DNA of 59,460 bases, filler included, from Sphacelaria rigidula (Eukaryota): assembly GCA_964200075.2 (NCBI GenBank). It is 6 parts of 6 records of this genome, joined end to end, with 100 filler letters (N's around TTAATTAATTAA, not from the genome) between each part and the next. Parts side by side here need not be neighbours in the genome. Positions count along the whole stretch, not along the records: positions 9,928 to 19,754 come from CAXNAA020007674.1; positions 19,855 to 29,681 come from CAXNAA020007675.1; 4 more parts are not named here. One strand, given 5' to 3'. This document shows, in pieces, positions 11,336 through 24,108 of this stretch. Below the pieces are notes generated by a model, which saw only the letters and a list, made by a program, of their open reading frames with translations, did no database searches and was not told where the DNA came from. The translations under genes were made by a program, and so were the position numbers. Every line of letters starts with the position of its first letter. The first letter of the stretch is position 1.

Positions 11336-12447
11336 AGGCGTACGAGACCCTCGGGCAAGGAGGGGTGCATAGGTTCCCTCAGGCAAAGTGTACGTTGGTG
11401 GACCTGAAATCGACGCCGCAGGCGCCGATTTCGACAAAAACGCGTTCTAGATAGGGGTCCACTGCTCACCTGTCCTTACCCATAAATTTTCTCAGGCAAT
11501 TCTCAAGTCTAAAATCAAGTTTTCATGCTTTCAACCGTAGATATACGACCAAAACCTCACTTCTGCTGGCCCTCTTAGGCCTGTTGACCCTGTGACCGCC
11601 GCGGGGTGCATCGATCGATCATGTGCTGAATCGTCATCATTTTCACTCCAAAAAATGAGCGCAAGACACGGATCATCCACGCTGGCGATCGACAAGTTGA
11701 GTTCAGATCTCAATATTTTCGCTACCGCTCCGCACGTGAATAAATACAGCAGTGCGACACAAACATGAGTGACGGTGACTTTTCCAAATGTAGTCCGAGC
11801 ATTATAGGACACCTGTACCATGAGAAAGTCACACGAGTATTCCGTCTCGACGATGATTCCGTTCCTCATTTCTGTGTACACTGCCCGGATAAAAACGTGC
11901 AGTGCATAAACCACATGCGCACCATATTCTTCATCCCCGCACTACTACAGGATAAAATGGAGAAACGAGATAAATGAAGAGGACTACAGTAGCCAAATAA
12001 GCACCGTCTTGCGGAGGGACGGTAAACCATGCAATCACTGTTCATGGAATGAGGATACACGGTCTCTCCCTCTCGTCCCCTGGCATAAACTCAACACGCA
12101 TAGTACCGCAACACATCTTCCACACCACGCACAAGAAACATATCACTGGGGTCACACGAACACGCAGAGATCCCCCCTCCCTTCCCTCTCCCCAACCCCC
12201 CTGCACATACGTTCTCACATTCCTACGATTTCATTCGATCAACAGAAGCGATCACGTCCCCGCCCTTGCCTCCACCTCAACAGACACGAAAACTCTCCCT
12301 CACGATTTTCTCCACCGCGCGGCTATTATACCGTATCGCACCTTTATGCCTCGTTTGTCCCGAGATCGAATTGTGGACATTCGGCAGACTGCATTTCGTG
12401 TTTTGGCTAAAGCACGAATACACACACAAACACACACAAACACACAC

Positions 12448-12654
12448 CTGCCGCTGATCCTGCAGCCAGCGACGAGGCACTTGCTCCGCGTCCTTGTGAA
12501 AGGGATCGTCCACGGGAGGACGAAAGAGCCGGGCTGGCGCTGCGAGGTCTCGCCCGACTCTGAGATGATGCCGTCGGCGCCAACAGGTGCGAAGTGGACG
12601 CCACGGCGGCGGGCGTCGCACGGGTGGTGACGGCCGCGGGTGCGGGTACTTGAC
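12448..12654 (-). CDS. Exon 3 of the same protein, containing SHLLAPTASSQSR; gene is 3'-incomplete
   Basis: Acceptor TTTTATCGCTGGATAG|GT (phase 1 match). 207 nt; donor G|GTGTGT. Confidence 0.75.
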
Positions 12655-13697
12655 CTATCCAGCGATAAAATGAAAAACACAGGGTTACAAGGTAGCCAGC
12701 AGAAGGGGGGGGGGGACGCGATACAGTGGAAAGCGAGCGGAACGTTCAAGCGGTAAGTACAGGCGAACTCCATAGCTGGAGCGTAAGCTATTATAGCTAC
12801 GCTGGATACGGGTGTTGTGTAGCCTGCGTCAGGTACTCAAGTCTGCAAGTCTTCGTCACGTCCCTGCCGAACCATCAAGTATAAAAAAAAACGCTTAGGA
12901 AAGAAGTAAACGCCACACCATTAGTACGTATGGAGAACGAAATTGAAAGGGAGTACCGTACTATTATAGGGAATTGTACGAAACGCCCGAGGATTCATCG
13001 ACCATTGCGTAGCACTGCCCACGCATACAACGGAGCACATCCGAGTCAGAATCTATTCCGAAATAAAACCGTCTCTCACCCACCCTCTCGAGGGTACAAA
13101 AGTCATCACTCCCTCGATATTCGCGAAAACACTGGCGGCCGAACCACTGAATCAAGGCGTTCTCGGAATCATATCGTACACATTTTTCAGTATCATCGTA
13201 CATTTCGACGACGCAGAACTTCCTATATAAAATATGGAGGATGAAAATCATAGCGTCCAAGATAGTATTACTCCCGTAACTGTACCCAATCGCATGAGAT
13301 AATGACTATTGCTCATGTCGCGTACAACAGCGGAGTTTCTGGCGCAGTAACTACTGACGGCTCCCGCGCGCGGCCCTTCTGATAATATAATCGGACTGGC
13401 CGATCGATGTTCTTCACTCAGAAACAGAGTATTTTCGCGTGACTTCGTTTCTTGTCACTATCGGCATCGGTGGCCTGGAAGTAGTGTTTCCAAACGACCG
13501 AGTAACCACCGCCCGTACGTCCGGGTATGTGCCGGCGAGCAACAAAACCGAACACGAAGCACACACCGCATACAACACACACAACCAACAGTCCACGACT
13601 CGCAGACGCAGACCCGGACGCAGACACATATGTTATTTCAAAATCAAGAACGAGACCCACATCACAGCGCCACCGATAACCAACGCCATTAACTCAC

Positions 13698-15736
13698 CGT
13701 CGGCGTCACTACCATCCCCACCGCTCGCCGCAGGAGTGGGCTTCCCTTCCTTAGCCGCCGCCGTACCACTTTTTTTCTCACCCCCGACTCCACCAGCAGT
13801 GCCACCAACCCCGCCTATACTAGCTCTGCCCGAAACTCTTCCCCTTCCCCGGGAGGACGCGCGACCCGCACCACCAGCACCACCGGTAGCCCCCGCCGCA
13901 ATGGCGGCAGCACTCGCCGTTGCCGGAATCGGCGCACCAAACGCCATCGACTGCCGACGCGCCACGACCGGTCCACCGGCGGTAGACGACATCCGTCGGC
14001 CACGCTCGGCACCTCCCGCGGCGGCAACGGAGGTGCGGATCGCCGTGGACGACGTTGTCGACCCTACGCCTGGGGTAGCCGAACGTCCTCCTGCTCCTCC
14101 TCTAGCAACAGGGTTTGGCTTTCTCGGTGATAACCCTGATTTTGGTACATTTGCGGAGCCGGTTGCGGCCTCGATCTTCCCCCCTGTCCCCGCTGATACC
14201 GTAGCGGGCTTGTTGCTGGTTCGGTTCGGGCCTACACGTCCCGGCGACCCTGGTCGGGTGACATGGTTGACCCTGCCGAACCCGATACTCCCGTTGGCTC
14301 GAGGGGAGCGCCGCTGAGACTGAGGGTTATCGCTGCCGACCCTGTTAGATCGCTCCGCCGCCGCTGCTGCCATGCTCCTTCTCCTCGAGGAGAAGGTCGT
14401 CGATATTACCGCTGTAGTAGTCTTTATCCTGTCGCCTCTCGCCTCAACTCCTGCCGCCGGCGCCCCCGTCCCCGCACCGGCTACGTCAGATGTTTCTCCA
14501 ACAGACAACGGGGTAGTTCCGTCCGGAAGCGCGGGCACCGGAGTCGTTTCTGTGTTCGCCGATTCCACAGGCGCAGTCTTCATTCCCCCCTCCTCCGCTA
14601 TTTGCATGCGGCTCTCCTCCTCCTGAACGATCGCGGCAGCCAGTTCCCTCGCTTCCGCTTCCACTCTAGAAACCACACTGCTCGTGTTCCCGCGACGAGG
14701 TGACAGCGGCAGCGGCGGCGGCGCCATACCAGAGCTTCCGGCGACATCACCACCACCAACGCCGCCGCTACTGTCTCCGCCGCTGGCGCCCTGGTCAGGC
14801 GTCGGTACTGATGCCGCGGTGGTCGTGACTCCTGGAGGCGGCGGCAAGCCGGGATCGGCTGCACTGTCGCCGCCCGCGAAAGCGTCAGCCATGACGGCAA
14901 CATCTTCATCACCGTCATCGAAGCTGCTCATACCAAATGTAGAGTTTGTTCGCATACCACCTACACCGGCATTCGGGGTCGATTCGTCGCAAGACTCCAC
15001 AGCCATGTGGGGCGAGAAAGAAGGCTCGGCGGACGGCGCGCCGACAGCGGGTGACGGCGGCGCAAACTCCTGGTTGTTGTATACTGCGGTGGCGGCGGAG
15101 GCGGTAGGGGCGTTCCCACTCATCTTCGGGGGCGTCGCCTCTGTTGGGTACAAGTGCTGAGGGGGCGAGGGATCTCCCCCACCCTCACCTCCGGAAGCGG
15201 CGAACACATAGGACAAACTTTCCACCATGCTGGCGGACGTGTGAATCGAACCACCACCTGCAGCCACTGCTGTAGCTGCTGTCTGCGGCGAGTCAGCGGC
15301 GGCGGGGCCCTGCCCGACTCCCTCACGTCCTGCACCGTCTTCGCCGCAATTGAGCGTAGACATGCGCGCCTCGAGGGCCGCGATATCATCGTCGGCAGCG
15401 TGTGACGTAGGCGGCACACCTGCCACGTCACCTTCGCCCCCTGACGATGCCCTCCCGGCTTGGTCTGTGCCGCCGGCCGTCGCATCCATCGCGCGGGTAT
15501 AGTTCTTGTAGCGTTCGACTTCGAGCGACGCCGGTAGGGTGGGCGTGGGCTCGGAGTCGGTAGTGACGGTGTTGACGGTATGTTTACTGTTCTCGGCGGC
15601 TACACCGTGATGATTGCTCAAACTGCTTTTGTCGGGAGTTTCCTTGAATAGGGGGCTCCTGCGGCTAGCCGATGCGTTACAGCTGTTGTTCAGGATGCTG
15701 CTATCGGGTGGGCTGCCATCTCCCATGATTGCCGTG
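13698..15736 (-). CDS. Exon 2 of the same disordered A/G/S/P-rich protein
   Basis: Acceptor CTCTCTTGACAG|C (phase 2, matches exon 1). 2039 nt open; donor GAC G|GTGAGT (phase 1). Confidence 0.8.
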
Positions 15737-16307
15737 CTGTCAAGAGAGCGGCCATGGCGACGGGGGGGGGGGGGGGAGAGGGAGTTCAAGGACAACGCAC
15801 GCTTTCGGGGGACGTGGAGAAGGGGAAAGGGCTCGGGCAGCAATGAGCCCCGTGAGAGCCAATAGATGGAATTAAGTGCCTCAGTCTTTCGTCGAGCGAA
15901 CATGATTTCCCATCAAACTGATGGATACCATGCACACTTTTGGGGTGAACATTGATGGACTCCCGAAGGCCAACCATCAGATTCTGAACGAGGATACGCG
16001 AAATCTGGCAAGAGAACAAAAAAACGCTTGAAAAGCACAAGTGGTGCGTTTGGCGGCGGTCAGGTGCTCACGTAGATACCTATTGGCCCCTTGCACGCCC
16101 TACACTCAACAGTAGTAAAACAGCCACGATGTACGGTCGGGTACCAAGAGTTGATTGCTGACACATACCTGGGCACACGCGAATCAAGAACGAAAGATAT
16201 TGCTTCATGGAAATAGAGCCAGTGGCATGTTCACAATTCTGCCTTGGGTTTGATACACGCTCCGTACCCTACATGCACGTGAATTCAAGGACATTGCGTT
16301 CCTGAGG

Positions 16308-16590
16308 TGATAGCTCGTGTCCCTTGATCCGACAGTCCGACCGTCACCACGGGGGTGGAGAGAACGCAGGTTCGATTCCCGATGCGTTGGGTTTTTCCTT
16401 CCAAGTATCTGATGTCTACCGGCGGAGGCGTGAGCACGTCAGTAGACAATGGTACTTGACGAATCGGTTTGACGAGAGTTGATGCGGTGTGGGAGTGCAG
16501 ACCAACTCCGCGAGACCAAAACGCAAGGCGTGTATCGGTGAAAGATGGATTGATCCTTCAAGACCACGGACTCGTCCCGCGGAGGAGGGT
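16308..16590 (+). mobile_element. tRNA-derived SINE (intronic)
   Basis: B box GGTTCGATTCCC at 16369-16380. 3' tail GACCACGGACTCGTCCCG is shared with 22518-22995. Confidence 0.6.
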
Positions 16591-16735
16591 GGATGGAGAT
16601 GTTCAAGTGTGACCAACAAAATAACGGCAAAGAACTCAACACGACCGACCACTACGACACCGCGCAAGGAAGAAAATACGGCCACTTTCTCTTCGACAAT
16701 ACAAGTAATGACACCACCATCCCAAAAAAACTCAC

Positions 16736-17919
16736 CAAAACGATGAATCCAACCCGTCTGCGCCCGAATAGTTCTCGAACCCGGGCGTGGACGGCTTGAA
16801 AGAGGCGCTAGCACGGCGCGCGCGCCGCGTGCTGTAAGGCGTTGCCATGCTACCGGTAGCCAACGAAGCGGCGGCGGCTCCCGGGCCGGCCCGTTTCCTT
16901 CCGCTGCGAATCGCAGACTTGACTCCGGCGTCAACAGCCACGGCGGCGGGGCAACCGCCGATAGCTCCTGCTGCCATCGCCGCGGCAGCTCCGTCGGCAC
17001 TGTCAGCGCTGGCGCTGGCCGCCGCGATACGCGGAGAGCGGCGCAATGGCGTCCCCGTGGGAATACCAACGGCGCCTTTCGGAGTAGCAAGGCCTTGCTT
17101 TTTGTCTTTGCTGTTGCCTGCCACAGTTCGCGTGTCTCGCGGGGTGCCGCCCCCCATGGACATCCCCGAGCGAGCGCCACCCCCACCGCGTACCTTGTTC
17201 CTCATAGGTGAGCGAGAGGGTCCGTTTCCGCTTTCTCCATTCCGCACGGGAGAACTCGAAGGAGCGCCCCTTGTACCCATGGAAAGCGTTGCCCTAGTAC
17301 TCGCCGGGGAACGGGCCCCGCGTGCTGCGATTCTCGCAGGGGAACGAGATGTCACACGCGCGGCGCCTCCGGCGACCGGCAGTGCCGCAGCCGGGACCGC
17401 TGTACCGGCGAAGTGTTCGATGCTGCTGTTGCTATCATCGCCGCAACCTAGCACGTCCCCGCCACCCTCGTGTTTGGACAACGCACCACCTTCACCGGAA
17501 TCGGCGCGATGCATGTTGCCTGTCATACCTTTTTTGTGACCGTCAAAAATGGAGTTGAGTTCACCATCGATTACTTGCTCACCGCCGCTGCCGCTGTCGC
17601 TATCGCCATCTCGTTCACTTTTGACGTCGCCGGGGGATCCCGCACAGTGAGCTAGCAGATCAAACGAAGAGTCAGGGTCATCTCCGCTGTCGCTGCGATA
17701 TCCACCGCCCCCACCCTCACCACCGAAGCTGTCGTCATCACTACCACCGAACATTTCTTCGGGCCTTTCTGCGCCGTAGTCCGCTCCCCAGCCTTGCTGC
17801 TCGCCTTCGCGGGAGGTGTCAAGGTTGTGATCCGCTGCAGCGCGCCCGCCAGCATCGGTGGATAGCGTTTCGGAAGCGGTTTCGGGTGCCGCTCCTCTGC
17901 TTTCGGCCGCCGTGGACAT
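16736..17919 (-). CDS. Coding exon 1 of a large intrinsically disordered protein (MSTAAESR...DSSF)
   Basis: ATG at 17919, just after a pyrimidine-rich CAG acceptor. Ends TTT TG|GTGAGT (phase 2); 1184 nt. Confidence 0.75.
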
Positions 17920-18645
17920 GGTCTGCTGCTGCCGTGAAAATTCGAGTACAAGGAGTACAAATTGCCCGGGGGGGGGGGGGGAAAGTGCGAATCTCAAGTC
18001 AGAAAATATGGAAATACATGCAACTACGGGTGCTGTGTACCTTCACGCGCCGCTTCCGGCGGCAACAGCGTTCAATGTGACGACTTCAACAGATGATCAT
18101 AGTGACACCGCTACGCCTGGAATCCCCATGTCAAAATGGAGCGATTCCACCGCGAGACTCAGCGTGAAGAGGACGAACACTTGTTCAAGAGAACGGAGTG
18201 CGCGAGAAAATCACAGCCATATTTGTATCGTGTGACAACAGTCAGTAACACAAAAAAAGTCGATAATCTTGGGGACTTCATCCTAGCACATGAAAACGAC
18301 TTGAAGAGCCCAAGTCCGAAACTCCAGAGGGGTCTCGAGAGAGGTTTCGAGCAATGGCACCCCCGCCCCGCGACGCATAGTACAGCAGGCGGGAACACGG
18401 CCAGTTTGAGGGTAACTTACATGTGACAACCGACTGTTATCTGCAACACAAGCAGCAGGTGAGGCTGGGAGAGCAATCAACTATTCGTAAATAGATGTAA
18501 ACCACGACGTCAAATCCTCATCCGCAAGGGGGAGAAGGGGAGCGGTCGAATCTCCTCCACCTATGGTACACAGGAGGACTGCGGGGAGATACTTCTTCCA
18601 AAACACGAGTAAAGTCGGTTTAGGTTTACACGGGCCCTCAACCTC

Positions 18646-19138
18646 GTGCGATGCCGTAAGCGATGATATTTTTGAAAACCCTTGGTCATTTTTTGAGTTG
18701 AACTCCGTTTTTCTCACGTTTTTACGGGGGCTCATGCATGGGCCAACGGCCGAAACTTCAGCAGTCGGCCAAAAAATTGTCATTTTTTTGCCCATTTCCA
18801 GAAAAAGAGGCGGGGCAATGAAAACTCGGGAAAATGGCGAAAAACTCAAGAATGTGCGAAAATGGGTTTTCGTTCTCGCTCCATCACTGATGTACCATAC
18901 CTTTGCCCCGTCTGGAAGCATGACAGTACGTTGTCAGCGACGTTTAAACTGAAAACAAGCAACATTCCTCGAAATTCGGCCGAAAACGGTAAAAATTGGT
19001 CGAAATAGACCTACCTTTAGTCAAAGTTGACTCACAATTTTCCTATAATACCAAATCCAATTTTTCTTCTTGATTTTTTCATGAGCATCTCCGTGACTGC
19101 ATCGTTGCGACGAATCTAACTATCGTAAAGCATCGCAC
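18646..19138. mobile_element. Candidate MITE with imperfect TIRs
   Basis: GTGCGATGCCGTAAGCGAT versus the reverse complement of 19122-19138 (GTGCGATGCTTTACGAT). Non-coding interior rich in A/T tracts. Confidence 0.4.
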
Positions 19139-19754
19139 ACCCTTCCGTTCAATAAATATGATGCGCGCGCCATTACCAATTTTACTCATGTGTCGAGAAG
19201 GTACGACAATAAGTGGAGTTCAACATGCGGACTCGGGGGAAGAAGGACGACCACGGGTCACGGGTGCACATCACGCAGAAGGATGGGTCTGGTACGAAAT
19301 TTCATTCATCAAACGTTAACGTCTTACCCTACCGATAATAAAACATATAAAAAAATCTCCTAATATCCATACTCGCCGGGAACAGGGGAACGGGTACGGA
19401 TAGCAGAAGAGAGCGGCGGTACATGTGGCCCCTCAGTTTCTTCAAGTGCAAGTGAGGCAGTAAAAAGTACTCCCGCTACAATGTCCTCGACCACATTCGT
19501 TCGGCAACAAACACCCACCAGCGAAGCGCCTCCTCCGTACGCCGGGCTCTCTCTACCAGAGTTTGAGTTCGCAGGAGATGTGTCCGCCGTGGATTGGTTG
19601 ACTGCTTTTCCCGCAAAGGAGCGAGCGGTTTCGAACAAAAGAGGAAGTGCGGGGAAGATTTTGCGGGGGGGGGGGGGGGGGGGGGGGGGGTCTTTTTTTG
19701 GGTGTTTTTTTTTTTGTTGACATGCCCCCCCCCTCTTTTTGGGGGGGGGGGGGG

Positions 19755-19854
19755 NNNNNNNNNNNNNNNNNNNNNNNNNNNNNNNNNNNNNNNNNNNNTT
19801 AATTAATTAANNNNNNNNNNNNNNNNNNNNNNNNNNNNNNNNNNNNNNNNNNNN
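19755..19854. other. Artificial contig linker
   Basis: 44N-TTAATTAATTAA-44N. Confidence 0.98.
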
Positions 19855-22016
19855 TGACCACGCATCCCTTTCGAGACGGAGCGCCGTTCCTACTCCTGAT
19901 GGAGACACCTTCGACATTCCGACGCTCATGACGTTCCTTCCGTACGTTACACAAACACCTTTTACAGGCTGGTTCAGATTGAACGCACAAAATTTACACC
20001 CCGGGGATTCCCGAACGCAATACATCCTCAATTCTTATAAAATCGATATTTCAATGTTCCCCACGCGCAATCCAACAACGTGACTTTTCCCTTTTTCGAA
20101 ATTTGTGCTTGGGTGCCAAGCTACAGCTGTCAATGTAGTCTCGGCCAATCAGCGGCCCCCAACTTGTGTAGAGCTAAAAAGTCGATTTATTCACCCTGCA
20201 TGAAGCATAATTTCCACACTTGTTGCACCATGGTAATTTTGGTCTTCCACGGAACCTAAAGAAAAAAACGGTTTTGAAACCGGTTGTCCTGGCATCGACT
20301 TATACCCAAAAACGTGATATTTCGGCAACGACGACGCCATATTTCTTGGGAACACAGGATTGGAGACCGTGGAGCCGGCCCCAACGGTTTCCTTCATATC
20401 TCCCCGAAAAAACATTCGATGACTCTCAAACTTGGCATCTTGGTAGAAATTGACCCTGCAAATGCGAGAAAAAAAAAACGGGATGTTCCGATAGGGGAGT
20501 GGACCTGCACTGGCTTTCGGGGGTCCCACGGTCTCAAGACCCCATACAGCCGGTACAGAACCCCCTTTGCAGAACAAAAGCTACCACACGCTTCGGGGTC
20601 GTCCAAGGAACATTCGTACCAAGTTTGGTAGTAAAACTCAAAAGACTGACGCGGCAGGGTCGTTTACCGTGACCAAAACGTTGAAAAGCGCCCGATTTAT
20701 ACTTGAGTCAAGTAATTAGGGGAGCGCGCAGACATTTTTATCCTTCAGCGCGCGTTTTGCAATTCCTCACGCCGTTTCTCCGAATTAGACCATGAAATAT
20801 TGCACGCGTGTTTGGGATTTCATTATCTAAAACTCGAAGAGAGGGGTTTTTGAATTTGTTGTCATGGTGGCCGGTTATTCGGGGTCCCTGCTGGAGTACT
20901 TGACCGGGGGGGGGTCAAAACCCACCTATCTCGACAGCGAAACCCCAAATCGAAAAACCCCTCTCTTGGAGTTTTAGATACTGCCTTCCAGAATATGTGT
21001 GCGAAATTTCGTGGTCTAACTCGAAAAAATGGCGTGAGGAATCCCCGGGGTGTAAATTTTGTGCATTCAATCTGAACCAGCCTGTACCTATCTTATCCCC
21101 GTCCTGTTTCGCCGTCTCTAGCCACCGTCCATCTCCTAGTATAGCCATCGTTTTCTCGCTACCATCTAATGTACCAAACGATCATGCCCCCTTCGTTTAC
21201 CTCTCACGTTTCCCCCTTCTAGCACGTCCCGTTCCTCTTTTCATAGATCACATTGTGCCACTATGTGAGGTCTGCTCTCTATCGCTTCACCACAGGGGCA
21301 ATTATGTGCATCCACCGCTTCGACTCGATAACTGGCATACCTCTTCCTTCTTTCCGGCAGGTCCAGGTTCCCCATCCAAAATCGCAGTTTCAAGTTCCTC
21401 GCAGATATGTTTTCATCTCTACCCCCTCTATCAACCCCCCTCATATCTTCAAGCGCTCTTCTTCCCCTATTTTCCATTGTGGCGCCTGCGTTTCCCCTAT
21501 TTTTATCAAGCCTCCTTCTCTTGTCTTGCACTCCCACACTCACCTACGGACATTATACCATCTTAGTTTACTCTTATGTCCTTCCATACTTTTTCGACTA
21601 CGCTACTGTACCCTACCGTATTCCATCCTGCCCCTTCGCTACTTTCTTCGACACAGCCCTATCAACTGTGGCTGACAATCCCCTTCTCTGCATGTTTCTT
21701 ACATATTCGAGCACCCAAGTATTTTTCTTAGCAGCTGTCATCTGCACTGTTTCTAGCTGCTTCACCAACTTCGTGTTTCCCTCCCACACTTCTCCTGCAC
21801 GCTTTAGCTTGGGTACAATCATGTCCATCAGCAAACATATCTTAATCCTAGTATCTACAGTCGGTGCGAGTCTCTGAGGATCACGCCGATCTTGCCTATC
21901 TGTACCTTACCCTTTCCTCTTACGTTATCTATGTGTTCATCCCAAAAACAATTTCTTGAAACCTCTACCCCGAGACATGTATGCCGGTCCATGATCGGCA
22001 GTTCCTCTTCTCCCCA
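19855..22016 (-). mobile_element. 5'-truncated LINE (RT thumb/C-terminal CCHC region and 3' tail), split by a DNA transposon
   Basis: Homologous to 30830-32020 (ELPIMDRHTCLGVEVS; CPCGEAIESRPHIVAQC). Removing 19965-21084 plus one TA restores QDGDKIGKRCLCNV. Confidence 0.85.
19965..21084. mobile_element. Non-autonomous Tc1/mariner-type DNA transposon, 1120 bp
   Basis: 47-bp TIRs (19965-20011 and 21038-21084, one mismatch) starting CAGGCTGG. TA target duplication at 19963-64 and 21085-86. Confidence 0.92.
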
Positions 22017-22517
22017 TGGTAGGGGAGCGGGGGCATACTCATTCGTTGCTTGCCTTAGTCGTTTGACGATTGACCAAGCATCCCTCCCGAGACGTAACAT
22101 GAGGAAGGGGCATACTCATTTTTTGTTTGCCTTAGTCATTTGACCATTGAAGATGGGGGGGGATCATGCTACTCAGAACAAAAGGGATGTACATGAGGCA
22201 TTGGTCTCTTTTTTCGTGATTCTTCTGATGACACCCCCACCTTCCCCGGACGAGTCCATTGTCTCAAGGAATCAGCTCGTTTCGCGCTCGGTATGGAATA
22301 CGATTAATATGATTAATACCAGAAAGAGAGCACTATTGGAAAAAGAACAACTGATGACAACATCACACACAAAGAGACTGATGACTAATGGGCTCAAGCT
22401 AAATTCTGTAGCAAAAAACAGTACAAGAATCACGGAAACAAAATATCTGAGCTTGTGCCGAACGTACCACCACAAAAAGCTGACAACAAGAAAACTATAG
22501 ACGCGAGTATATTCAAC

Positions 22518-22995
22518 CGCACTCAGGTGGTGCAATGGTTCGACTGTCACCACCAGTAGGGTGAAAAGAGAACGGGGGTTCGATTCCCGATCGTTGGGGT
22601 GTTTCTTTCGAAGTGTCTGCGTTATATTGTCAAAGGCGTGAGTACTTGTAAATTCAAGGCTTGCACCGGGGAGAGATGGGCTGATTTCACGGTTCGGACG
22701 AATCATCGCCGGTACGAATCACCAAATCCACGAATGTTCAGGCATGATTTCTCAACAAAAGAGAAGAAAAAAAAATGATCGCTGGTCAAGAAGGTCTCCA
22801 CGTAACCTTTGCGCCATTCCATGTGCCTGGGCTGCGCGTACCTGGGTTGCAACGCTGAAAACAAAGCCTGAGAATTGATTTGGTACGAATCAATTCCACT
22901 GAAAACAAGTAATTTCCAGACAAACCATTACCGCGTCCGACCCTAGGTTGATTCCTTGAGACTAGTCGACCACGGACTCGTCCCGAGGAAGGGAA
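22518..22995 (+). mobile_element. tRNA-derived SINE
   Basis: A box TGGTGCAATGG (22528-22538), B box GGTTCGATTCCC (22577-22588), and tail GATTCCTTGAGAC..GACCACGGACTCGTCCCG. Confidence 0.7.
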
Positions 22996-23224
22996 GGGGT
23001 TCGAGGGTGGCGAGTATATATATATATATATATATATACAAGTATAGGAACATGTAAACAGTGACAAAAAACGACCATATTCCGCAAAAAAAAACAGGCT
23101 TGGGAGGGAAAAGTCAACCCCTAGCTCGAAGAGTGTTGCCAGTTATTTTGGCTTCCGAGGAAAACTAATCCTATGGAGCACGTATCGATGTCTTGAATAC
23201 ATACCTGTGTGTTCAAATATTTGT

Positions 23225-23268
<44 letters not shown>

Positions 23269-23294
23269 ATCGAGCACAGCGGTTCAAGAGTCAC

Positions 23295-23408
23295 CTGAAG
23301 CTCGGCCTGCTTAGCGGCCAGCATCTCTTCTAAATTCGAATTGCCCCCATCCGCACCCCCGGCCGCCGCTAGCTTTTCGTTCTCGGCCTTCATTTTCTCC
23401 ATCATAAC
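23295..23408 (-). CDS. Kinesin coiled-coil exon (VMMEKMKAENEKL...QAELQ); gene incomplete at both ends
   Basis: CACCAG| phase 0; 114 nt; CAG|GTGACT. Confidence 0.85.
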
Positions 23409-23615
23409 CTGGTGCAATGGAGCACAACGGTAGATTCCTCGATTGGCGCGTGCACAAGTATCAGTGAGAAAAGTGTTCCACCCTTTCTTTGCAGTTTGGC
23501 CCAGGCACTGCCATCGCCGTAATCGCCAGCAACGCCGACAGAAACCGACAGCAAAAACAAACACCCCCATAACCCACAAGCACCGAAAATACCACCCCGT
23601 CACACACACACACAC

Positions 23616-23659
<44 letters not shown>

Positions 23660-23939
23660 CTCGACAGCCGCAACACAACCACAGTCACAGTACACAAAAA
23701 GCACGCCCACCACGATCGCGGCAACCGACCACAACAGGCACAACAGACACAACAGACACAACCACAAATCACAAATCACTCGCGCAGCATTGTACACACC
23801 AACGAACCCGCTCGCCATCACCGTCATCAACTCGTACAAACGCATATATATCCCTCCCCTCCCCCTCCCCCATCCTCCTCTCCTCCCCAGACACACGCAC
23901 GCACACACCTCCAACCACCCATCCACACCCCGCGCATAC

Positions 23940-24108
23940 CTTCATATCCTCGAGTTCCTGCATGAGTTTGCGCTCAGCCGGCGAGCTAGCCGCCACCGCC
24001 TTCTTTGGCTGTAGCTTCACAACGGAGGCGTTTTTGGCAAAATTGCAGGTCGAGAACGTGTAGGAGTGATACGATACTTCCGGGCGGATTGCGCAAAAGA
24101 GATACGTC
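23940..24108 (-). CDS. Kinesin exon (b8-a6-neck: TYLFCAIRP...TFSTCNFAKNA)
   Basis: AAACAG|G phase 2 match; 169 nt; AAG|GTATGC. Confidence 0.9.

Noticed and set aside
13439-17539. Long plus-strand ORFs (292, 158, 230 aa etc.)
   Set aside because: Antisense shadows of GC-rich minus-strand exons. The same applies to plus-strand ORFs over 32864-39341.
22518-22600. tRNA gene
   Set aside because: A and B boxes are present but no convincing cloverleaf; it continues into a repeat body and tail, so it is called a SINE.
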